The notes under the pieces were generated by a model that worked only from the letters and a program-made list of their open reading frames with translations, made no database searches and was not told the DNA's origin. A program made the position numbers and the translations under genes. DNA of 64,000 nt from the human T2T-CHM13v2.0 reference genome, Homo sapiens, in assembly GCF_009914755.1 (NCBI RefSeq), contig NC_060932.1; one strand, written 5' to 3'. Below, piece by piece: positions 27,695 to 42,911 of the stretch. How positions within the stretch are numbered: the first letter of the stretch is position 1; each line of letters begins with the position of its first letter.

Positions 27695-29409
27695 ATATAT
27701 TTATTTTTTAAAAAAATTGACAAGTAAAAATTATATTGCTATTCATTCTTATTTCTCTTACCAAACATTAAAAAGGAGTAAACGTTTCCCCAGATGAGAG
27801 ATAATGAAGTCATTAAAAATGTGGAAAGACAGAGTGCAAAATTATATGCACAATATTATTATTGCTGTGTAAAGTATGCAAAAAGAACAGAAAACAAGAA
27901 TGATTTATAGCTTTTATGTGATATACTATGTTAGCAAGCTATTTTTTATGTAACGTACTGTATAATGAGCTATTTATGCTCCTGAGCAACCCATTCAATT
28001 TTCCAAGCTGCCTGTATTGCTGCACTGTTGCTTTTAGTATTGTTAAGTCATTGTTTTAGATGATTTAGTCTTCGAGAGGCCCCTACTGACTCCTACATGG
28101 GTACTGTATTTGCATACTAATACTGAATCTCTTGTCAATTAAAACCTTAATGGGGATTTCTGGCAGAGGGTGAGAGAAGAACCCTAATTGAAGAGACCAA
28201 CCCAGAAGTGCTGGTGATAAGAGGGCAGTAGTATGTAGAATAGAAATGAGCATCAGGTGAGTTGAGACAGTGCCAGGTGGGGAAGTGGAACGAGTGAGCC
28301 AACATTTTCAGATACATTTCTCCTGTCACTCTATACCCACCCCTCTCTCTTTTTAAGGCTCTCTTTTAAAGAGCTGAAAAAACATTGAGAATTGTGGATA
28401 GTGCGTGCTACCTGGGTTCACAAAGTTTTGCATTATTTCATCCTGCACCCTCGGTCTTTGTAGGAATGTAAAGGAATGAAATACCATAAGCACAAAGGGA
28501 CATGAAAATTGAGGTGATCTCAAGAAGGTGACTGAAAGAATTATGAAGGAATTATGTTGAGCCTCATTCATACATGTCTAAAGCCAAGCTGGAATCTACT
28601 CTAATATCATTGTATCAGCAGCTGCCTTCACAGCATGCCTATTTCACAAATATTTTTGAGTGAATAGTATTTGAAGGACATTTCATGGAGGTGATCTTAT
28701 AGGTACCCAAAACTCAAAATGACAAAAAGGAACCAAAATAACACAAGATGTTCCACTTCCCTTACCTCTTTGTTTCAGCTGTGGCTTAATTCTTCCCAGG
28801 GCCCAGTTACCATTCTTTCTTTTCTCTCCTTAAACAAAAATTCTGTCTGGTAAATTATCAGATCCTTCTAATGAGTTCTGTGAAATGTCTTTTGTGTCCT
28901 TCCCTTGCTTTTCTCGTCTTTGCCAAATTAGTCCTGACACTCAACCAACCCCATGAAATGGTCCCAACCCCATTCATTTTATGTGTGGTTGATACATTGA
29001 CCATTCCAAACAGTGATATTTATCATGTCATGTCTCTACTAAAAAAATAATCATACACTGTTTGGCCACTTCCTGTGGCTATACTTTTTAAACAGGAGTC
29101 TGCATACATTATTTGACACATGCCAATACTTGTAGACAAAATGCAGAGTTCATGTAAATTTTAAAGATAATCAAACTTTCATGGTTGCATTTTATCACTT
29201 TTAGTCCTGCCTCCAGACATCTGGAATTCACAGCCTTGGGCCACTGAGAATGCACTGAATCATGGGATTAATTCCAAACTAGGGCAGCATTCTTGGACCT
29301 TCAAAATCTACTTAACTATACATTGTCCTCACACACTGCCTTTAGTGTCAGCCAGACCAGCTTGTCCAGTTCTTCCCAATATATATAATGTCATCTTTTT
29401 GCTTGGTAA

Positions 29410-29750
<341 letters not shown>

Positions 29751-29764
29751 CCCCTTTTTTCTAT

Positions 29765-30205
29765 AATGTCCTAGAAAAAGTTTCTTGGGATACAGACTTT
29801 GAGATGGAGATTTGCAGGCAGAGGGTTAATTGTGGAGTGCCCATGAGAATAGCACCTTGAAAGGAGTGAGGGAAGAAGGTTTCGGTAGAATATGTTGAAC
29901 TATAAGGCAGTTACAGTTGTGTCCACAGCCATTTACATAGAGAGGCTCACCTAGGGAGCACTGCAACTGGAAAGCACTGAAGGGTTGCTCCAACAGAAGA
30001 TGGAGTAAGGCCTTTGTACGCTGCATGGACCAGTCTTTAGAGGCAGGCTTCCTCCAGAGAGAGACTGTAACCTCGGAGGAGGCAGCTTTTGTGGGAGGAG
30101 GATTCTAGAGGAGGCCTCTGAGAGTCTTCAACAGCCAATATTCCTGGCAGCTGGCACAATGAGCTCTGAAGGAAGGATCTGGACATGTGCCACTATATCT
30201 ACCAC
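29765..30205. mobile_element. Old ERVL/MaLR-class solo LTR (family uncertain)
   Basis: cagactttgagatggagatttgcaggcagagggttaatt... resembles ERVL-class LTR ends. Confidence 0.45.
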
Positions 30206-31481
30206 ATTACTCTATCCAACTATCGCTCATTAGGGGAAAATTCATGTTTTGCCTGTTGAATTAAATATGTTTTGACTGCTCTAGCTTCCTTACATTTTCC
30301 ATTTCTGTTGTGCTTATGAGCTATTGCACCCATTTCTGTGGTTAACCACATTGTTACTTAACTACTTTCTGGGTTATGGATTGTCTTTCTAACTATATTG
30401 TTGGCTTTTTTCTACTACTTCTCCCAAATATTTAATTTATAGTAAATGTATGCATCATAAGAATTTAACTGAGTACTTGTTGGGTGAATAAAGGCATACA
30501 AAATAGCATGGTCTACAGAACTGTGAAATAATTTTTGTTTTGTACACAAAGCAGGCTGAACCTTTCCATGATTTCTAAGCTTTACAAAAGAAAAATAGGC
30601 AAAGAACTCAAAGAAGGTTAAAGATCTACTAACGTACATGGAACTACAATCTCTATAGTCAGTTATGTGAGTTGATGGATCTTCTTTTAGGTGTAAGCCA
30701 AACTGATTTGGATTTTTTATTTGTAACGTAAGAGTCCCAAGTTATCTGTGTAGTTGCAAATGTGATCTGTGTAAAATGAGCTCTTGAATTGTACAAATTT
30801 ATGTGACTCCATTCAATTCAGGCAAGAATAAGAAAGATGTAGTTAAAATGAATGGCATTTCCTTGTTTAATTGATTGATTGCTTTCTTTCTTATAAAGAT
30901 TATAAATTTGAGGTTCTTCAATGAAGGGATCTTTTTCATGTTGGCTACTATTGGCTAAGTAATGAAGATTATTTATTAAACTCATAGAGTTTATACACAT
31001 TCTCAATTTGATGTTTTCATCATTAAAACCAAGATTATATTTGCTTAATATTTAGCAGAGTCCACTGTCAATGAAAAAAGTACATCGATTAATTCCAAAG
31101 GCCATGGAGGGAGGAGCCAAGATGGCCGAATAGGAACAGCTCCAGTCTACAGCTCCCAGCGTGAGCGACGCAGAAGACGGGTGATTTCTGCATTTCCATC
31201 TGAGCTTTGAAGAGAGCAGTGGTTCTCCCAGCACGCGGCTGGAGATCTGAGAACGGGCAGACTGCCTCTTCAAGTGGGTCCCTGACCCCCGAGCAGCCTA
31301 ACTGGGAGGCACCCCCCAGCAGGGGCACACTGACACCTCACACGGCAGGATATTCCAACAGACCTGCAGCTGAGGGTCCTGTCTGTTAGAAGGAAAACTA
31401 ACAAACAGAAAGGACAACCACACCAAAAACCCATCTGTACATCACCATCATCAAAGACCAAAAGTAGATAAAACCACAAAG

Positions 31482-32498
31482 ATGGGGAAAAAACAGAACA
31501 GAAAAACTGGAAGCTCTAAAAATCAGAGCGCCTCTCCTCCTCCAAAGGAACGCAGCTCCTCACCAGCAACAGAACAAAGCTGGATGGAGAATGACTTTGA
31601 CGAGCTGAGAGAAGAAGGCTTCAGACGATCAAATTACTCTGAGCTACGGGAGGACATTCAAACCAAAGGCAAAGAAGTTGAAAACTTTGAAAAAAATTTA
31701 GAAGAATGTATAACTAGAATAACCAATACAGAGAAGTGCTTAAAGGAGCTGATGGAGCTGAAAACCAAGGCTCGAGAACTACGTGAAGAATGCAGAAGCC
31801 TCAGGAGCCGATGCGATCAACTGGAAGAAAGGGTGTCAGCAATGGAAGATGAAATGAATGAAATGAAGCGAGAAGGGAAGTTTAGAGAAAAAAGAATAAA
31901 AAGAAATGAGCAAAACCTCCAAGAAATATGGGACTATGTGAAAAGACCAAATCTACGTCTGATTGGTGTACCTGAAAGTGATGGGGAGAATGGAACCAAG
32001 TTGGAAAACACTCTGCAGGATATTATCCAGGAGAACTTCCCCAATCTAGCAAGGCAGGCCAACGTTCAGATTCAGGAAATACAGAGAACGCCACAAAGAT
32101 ACTCCTCGAGAAGAGCAACTCCAAGACACATAATTGTCAGATTCACCAAAGTTGAAATGAAGGAAAAAATGTTAAGGGCAGCCAGAGAGAAAGGTCGGGT
32201 TACCCTCAAAGGGAAGCCCATCAGACTAACAGCGGATCTCTCAGCAGAAACCCTACAAGCCAGAAGAGAGTGGGGGCCAATATTCAACATTCTTAAAGAA
32301 AAGAATTTTCAACCCAGAATTTCATATCCAGCCAAGCTAAGCTTCATAAGTGAAGGAGAAATAAAATACTTTACAGACAAGCAAATGCTGAGAGATTTTG
32401 TCACCACCAGACCTGCCCTAAAAGAGCTCCTGAAGGAAGCGCTAAACATGGAAAGGAACAACCAGTACCAGCCGCTGCAAAATCATGCCAAAATGTAA
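31482..32498 (+). CDS. L1 ORF1p, intact 338 aa (coiled coil, RRM, CTD)
   Basis: MGKKQNRKTG...LQNHAKM; REKG, ARR and YPAKLS motifs retained. Confidence 0.95.
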   Translation: MGKKQNRKTGSSKNQSASPPPKERSSSPATEQSWMENDFDELREEGFRRSNYSELREDIQTKGKEVENFEKNLEECITRITNTEKCLKELMELKTKARELREECRSLRSRCDQLEERVSAMEDEMNEMKREGKFREKRIKRNEQNLQEIWDYVKRPNLRLIGVPESDGENGTKLENTLQDIIQENFPNLARQANVQIQEIQRTPQRYSSRRATPRHIIVRFTKVEMKEKMLRAAREKGRVTLKGKPIRLTADLSAETLQARREWGPIFNILKEKNFQPRISYPAKLSFISEGEIKYFTDKQMLRDFVTTRPALKELLKEALNMERNNQYQPLQNHAKM

Positions 32499-32534
32499 AG
32501 ACCATCGAGACTAGGAAGAAACTGCATCAACTAA

Positions 32535-36389
<3,855 letters not shown>

Positions 36390-37879
36390 ACAATGAGATC
36401 ACATGGACACAAGAAAGGGAATACCACACTCTGGGGACTGTGGTGGGGTGGGGGGAGGGGGGATGGATAGCATTGGGAGATATACCTAATGCTAGATGAC
36501 GAGTTAGTGGGTGCAGCGCACCAGCATGGCACATGTATACATATGTAACTAACCTGCACAATGTGCACATGTACCCTAAAACCTAAAGTATAATAAAAAA
36601 AGAAAAGAAAAAAAAAAAAAAAAAAAAAAAAAAAGAAAAAAGTACATCACTGAGCTGAAGAAAGATAAACTGGTAATTTCTACTCTGCTCTGCACTAGTG
36701 AAGGTGCTATAGAATCTATTAACTATGTCTATTAGTTTACTTTCTTCTGTATTTTAAAGTATTTAAAAGTGTGATGTTGGAGGATCTTTCAGCTCAGCAA
36801 AGTCATTATGCCAGCCTCCTAGGTGAACACAGTTTGTAGGGAAGTTTTACCACAGATTATCCTCTGAAATTGCACCGGAAAGTAGATTTAATTATGATGC
36901 AGGAAAGTTTTTCAATGATTTTAAATGTGCACCTAGAACCATGCTATATTCCCTTATTTATTCTTCCTTAGATAGACATTATTTTGAATTTTCAGTGTAA
37001 AGAGGCATATTGTTTGCAGAAATGGCAGTTTTGTTTCTTTCTGTCTAGTTGCTATAGCTTTTATTTCCTCTTTGGCTCTGTATTATGGCTCTGTATTATG
37101 GCTATTATTCATGAAAAATATGAAAAATGACAGTTTTTGTTTCTTTTCACTCTCTACAGATTTTATTTATTTATGTTCCAGTCTTACTTTGCTAGTTAAG
37201 ACCTTTAATATTATGCTGAAGAGAGTGGTAAACTTCATATTTTTTGTGTGGGTCCTGATTTTAAGAAGAATGATCATTGCAATATTAGCTTTTTTGTGTT
37301 AGGTACCTTTATAAAGTTAGGAAAGTTTTCTTCTCTCAATAGTTGGCTAAAACTTTTAATTAAAAGTTGAGTCCAGTAATATTTAAAGGTTTTTCTCTAT
37401 GTATTGAGATTACCATATGATTTTTTTCCCTTTATTCTGCTAATGGGAAAGATTATGTTACTGGAGTTATTAAATGTTAAACCAACTTTGCATTTCTGGA
37501 AGAAATTGATTCAGGTTAAGATGTATAATCTAGTTTTTGCATTGCTAGATTTGGATTGCTAACATTTGGTTTAAGATTTTTTTCCCTCTACTTTTGGAGG
37601 GTTCAAACTCAATTCTTTCTTTTGTTGTTATCCCAGAAATAGTAAGATGTATATGTAACTTAAAATCTGAAGTTGAGCATTATCTTCACCTTTCTCCTGG
37701 ATAATGCAAGGATTTTAGAGCGCTTTGCCTCTAGCTGACACTTTTTCTAGTTTATATGCTGTTATTCATTATTTTCAATTCTATCTTCTTTTGGTTCAGA
37801 TTCAAAAGCAGACAAGTAATAAATATTTTTATCCTTTATGCACATTTTAAACAGTGCTTCCACATCACTATTCCTAGAC

Positions 37880-40860
37880 ATCCTTGAAACCAATCTTCCA
37901 GTTCTGTTCTTTTCAAATCTCTGAACCATTCCATTATTCACTGCCCGTAAATCACTGTATTCCTGCGTTTGGCAACAGGCCACTCAAGTGGACAACCAAA
38001 TATGCTTACAGGTTTGCTTCTTGGGAGCCTTTCTACATGCCATTTTAGCAGATGCCTGAGTGGAACTGTAATGCTGTAATAGTCCACCTCTATTTTATGA
38101 CAGAATGCCATGCCGGACTAGGTCTAAACCAGTCCCACATTTTCTGTTTGCCTCTTCTTTCTTTTTAGTCACTGGTCGTAATCAATTTTCCATGAAGGAC
38201 ATAGGTGTGGATTGAAGGAAAGAATATAATGTATCAGAAGTTGGTACTGAAGGAGTTTGAGCTACCTGACATGTAACTTACCTGTGCATTCTGGATTGCC
38301 TCTCTGCATATCCAATCTTATGGTTTGGTGAGCCACTTCAGTCTCATGAGCAACTGATGTCCCATAGTAAGGCATTGTACCAGGGCCCAACAGCAAACCA
38401 GAAGCTGTGTCTCAGAAGAAAACTAGTCATCTGGAGAAGCAGACAGGACTTTACTAAAAGCCCCCAGGGGTCTGCACTGTAATTCTCTGCACACTTGCCA
38501 GCCACTCAATGTAGCATTCCCCTTGGCACAGGCACTTCGAGTATCATTGGATCTACTGGAGCATAAGGGTTGAGCACTAGAGCAGCATGTGCTGAGCTGT
38601 ACTGCCTGCAGAGTCTTCTCTTGCTTTGGACCCCTCTCACGCAGGGAAGCTTTATGGGTTGTCCAGGACATTGTGATATAGAATGCCTCCAAAATCCAAA
38701 GAGGGCATGCTCCTTTGTGGTGTTAGGTGGCATAAATGCAGCAACTTTGGGAAAGATATCCTGATTAATGGGCCCTTGGAAACTTTACCAACTTGGCTGA
38801 CCCCTAAATTTTCCCTGGGGCAGACTCTCCATTTGTGGTAATTCAATTCAGGTTTTAGCCTACCAGACCTAGCTTTTTTCCTGTGATATGGATTAAGTTA
38901 TATTTCTGTAGGCTGCCCATCTATTCCCCTTCTACAGACACCCTGACTGATTATCAGGCAATATGAAATATTCCTGTTGGTCAAAACATTTTGCTTATTA
39001 TTTTGTCTCTGTTGCCCATGATAGTAAATATGTCCATTTTGCCTATGGAAATTAAGCACTGCCACCTGGACTTTGCTTCTCTGGAATCCATCATCCCAGC
39101 TGAAAGAAGAGCCAATCCCAGTGGCAACATTTCTTACTGCCCTCCCTGGTCTTCAGAAGGCAGCTAGTATGGAGCCTATCAAGGAGACTGTCTTGCTCTC
39201 CTCACTAATGTATTTTTAAATTCTTTCATGAGGGAAATGTGCTCTGGGCCTTTCTAGAGTGCGGAGTGGGTGAATGTCCAGTGTGCACATGATAAATTCA
39301 CTTCACTATGCTTATCTTTCCAAGTCTTTGGATTCTTTCCTTTGTATCATGATTTACTGTGGCATGTCAGCCTCATTGTTTGCAGGACTCTGCTGAGGCT
39401 AGGTTTCAGTCCTCCAACACAGCAAACTGTTAGTACCTGAGAGCTAACACTTTACATGAAGAATCTCTAACTTCTCCCATATTAATATCCAGCTCAATAT
39501 AATGTTATATTCCATTCACTTTGGTCTAACATCCTTAGAATCCATTTCTGCACATATTTCCCAGATTTAAGTCAAAATAAAATTGGAGGAATTTTACGGA
39601 GTATAAGCTATCTCCTACAGGGTCACATTTTTTACATGTCTTCCAGGAGCAAGCTGGTATCTGACTCTTAAAAAAAGTGGTGGCTGGGGGTGGGTCTTAA
39701 GGGAAAGAGGTATCCCATTGCAAACAACGGCCCAGATGAGGTTAATCAGGGCCCTTGATCAAGGGAAGGTGATTCTCCTCCAACATAGGAGAGCAAGCTG
39801 CTTCTGCTGGCAAGAGAAGCCCAAAGAAGCTTGGGGTCCAAGATTTTCAGTTTCTTTTACTTCCATTTAGCTGTCCTCATTCAAATAACAGGTTCCCATT
39901 CTTTCTCACTCAATGCCATAACTTTTATATTTGGGAAGCCTGTGAATTCAAATTTCATTGTAATGGTACAATCTTGCAATGTAATTTGTGATTTCAAATT
40001 ATGTTACAATTCTATAATTTGACAATTTTTAATAATTCCATAGTTTTGGCAAATTATAGAATTGCAGCATAATTTGAATTCACAAACTCACAAATTGAAA
40101 ATTTAAGTTAGATATTTTATGACATTCTATATGACATCTTATAAGAAACAAAAGATTATTTTATTTATGACATCCTATATGACAACTATAAGAAACAAAA
40201 GATTATTTTATGACTAGTGTTGAAGCTTTGTAATTCTCTGACTATGACTTGGGCTGAGAGTTTAAGGATCTGAGCTTGCCACTTACTTCATTTCTTTCTT
40301 TTTTTTTTTTTTTTGATACGGAGTCTCGCTCTGTTGCCCTGGCTAGAGTGCAATGGCATGATCTCGGCTCACTGCAACCTCTGCCTCCTGCGTTCAAGCT
40401 ATTCTCCTCCTTCAGCCTCCTGAGTAGCTGGGATTACAGGCATGCACCACCACACCCAGCTAATTTTTGTATTTTTAGTAGAGAGGTGATTTCACCATGT
40501 TGGTCAGGCTGGTCTCGAACTCCTGACCTCATGATCAGCCTGCCTCAGCCTCCCAAAGTGCTGGGATTACAGGCACCACTTATTTCTATAAGCTACCCTA
40601 CCTCACAGTCTTTATGGTCACCAATGCTACAGTAATGGTCAAATGTAACAGCCACTTGGTTCTCCAAAATACTGGCTTCTGTAAGAACTTCATCACAATC
40701 AAACACAGGCTATAATATTTTTAATGAAGAAGCCTCTGCATGTCACATAATTGTTAGTATTATAATTTCCACTGGCAAAGAGTTTCACATTGTGATTCAA
40801 GGCCAAACATGGCCAAGCTAATCATGAAGTTCCATCTCTGAGGTTCTTGATCCTAAATAC
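37880..40860 (-). mobile_element. Decayed ERVL-class internal region (gag/pol remnants)
   Basis: Minus-strand peptides ALFGFWRH, AALVLNPYAPVDPMILEV and QCRPLGAFSKVL..QLLVCCWALV resemble ERVL pol; KVMALSEKEWEP near 39900 resembles ERVL gag (KVRALIGKEWDP). Confidence 0.7.
40290..40575 (-). mobile_element. AluS (Sc/Sg-like), slightly 5'-truncated
   Basis: Antisense dimer; TSD-like ccactta(c/t)ttc on both sides. Confidence 0.9.
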
Positions 40861-40861
40861 T

Positions 40862-41660
40862 TTATCAATCAGGAGTCAGTTAGAAAACGGAAACCACATT
40901 TGGTAGTTCAAAAGACATAATTCATTACGGAGAATTGATGGCATAGGAGTTGGAAGACTGAAAAAGCAAACAGGGAAAAACTGGGATAACATGAGGTTAT
41001 TAATAACTTCAGGAAGCAGCTACCCCTAAAGCCCAGGGAAACACAGGAAAGAAACTGAGGTTGTCAGAACTTAAATCTCAGAGACCCAGTCCCTCCTGCT
41101 GAGAAGAAAGCTTAGCCTAGATGTTGCTGGTCCCTCTGAGGACTTGTAATGAGAATGGTTCTCCAATGCCAAAGAAGCTAGAGATGGTTCTCTGGTGGGC
41201 CAAGGGGTTATATTAATAGGAATAGCAAGCAATCAAGAGGGAGTAAGTCCCTCCTCTCCTCTTCCTGTTTTCCCATTTTTGCAACTCTCCCTAGGAGCAT
41301 AACTTACTATTATTATACTTTAAGTTCTGGGATACATGTGCAGAATGTGCAGGTTTGTTACATAGGTATACACGTGCTGTGGTGGTTTGCTGCACCCATC
41401 AACCCGTCATCTACATTAAGTATTTCTCCTAATGCTGTCCCTCCCCTAGTCCTCCACCCTCCGACAGGCCCCAGTGTGTGATGTTCCCCTCCCTGTGTCC
41501 ATGTGTTCTCATTGTTCAACTCCCACTGATGAGTGAGAACATGCGATGTTTGGTTTTCTGAATGTAACTTTAACAGGAAGTCAGCTGACAAAGGAAATGA
41601 ACGTGCAGAGTACCAGCCCCTTCCTTGCAAAGCACAGCATAGAAGAATGGGTTTGTTAAG
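40862..41660 (-). mobile_element. Probable 5' LTR of the ERVL remnant, interrupted by an L1 fragment
   Basis: atcaatcaggagtcagttagaaaacggaaaccac resembles the reverse complement of an ERVL/MaLR LTR end, and it abuts the internal region. Confidence 0.45.
41306..41560 (-). mobile_element. L1PA7/8-like 3' end fragment
   Basis: ttatactttaagttctgggatacatgtgcagaatgtgcaggtttg...gagaacatgcgatgtttggttttctg. Confidence 0.88.
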
Positions 41661-41665
41661 AAATG

Positions 41666-41991
<326 letters not shown>

Positions 41992-42609
41992 AGAAATGGT
42001 AATTTCATAACTGTCAAAAAGACATTCATCTTGACTTGCAGATGACCACAGATGGGGGAAAAGGGAAGAGATGAAATAATCCAGCTCTCTCTACTCATAG
42101 GAATTCTCTCCAAAGCATTTTCCTCTCTTTCTCTTATATCGGCTACTGTGGAAATGATGATTGAACCGGTTTGTCCCCCTTAACCAACAAGCCCTGTGCA
42201 GATGTATGTAGAGCCTCATATTTAATGGGGTTTATTTCTCATCCTCTGTTCTCAGCTTTAATGCTGTAGCCAAGAGTTCTGAGACAGCCAGAACTGTCTC
42301 ATTCTGTTTCCCATTACTATGGTTAACTTAATGGTAAAATTTATTTCTTTAAGTTACTATATATTTATTTATAGCAGCATATGGCCAAAAAAATAAAGTA
42401 TGTTTTCTCTATGTTGATTTTGAAATAAGTGAATACTTTGGAGTTTATTATCAAATTAGACTCTTGGTACATCACATACTAAGACTTGATATATCATATA
42501 CCAAGACTTGGTAACTACATATCACAAGTGGTTAAAATAAATATAACCACAAGGCATCCTGATTATTTTCAAAAACTAAAGGATATATTCTAGTTCTTTC
42601 CTTTCTTAT

Positions 42610-42911
42610 GTTTTTTTGTTTGTTTATTTCTCAGATAGGGTCTTATCTGTTGCCCAGGCTAAAGCACAATGGCATGATTATAGCTCACTGTAACTTTGAA
42701 CTCCTGGGCTCAAGCCATCCTCCTGCCTTAGCCTGTTGAATAGCTAGTACTACAGGCGTGCACCATCATGCCCACCTAATCTTTTAATTTTTGTAGAGAT
42801 GCAGTCTCGCTATTTTTCCCAGGATGGTCTTGCGCTACTGGCCTCAAGTAATTCTTCCACCTCGACCTCCCAAAGTGCTAGGATTGCAGGCACGAGCCAC
42901 CACACCTGGCC
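42610..42911 (-). mobile_element. AluJ
   Basis: ctcctgggctcaagccatcctcctgcc; TSD ta(g/a)ttctttc. Confidence 0.88.

Noticed and set aside
37073-37103. 13-bp tandem repeat, and similar micro-duplications at 19412-19468, 25981-26015 and 42468-42525, as arrays
   Set aside because: Two to three adjacent copies without spacers: ordinary slippage, not CRISPR-like or functional arrays.
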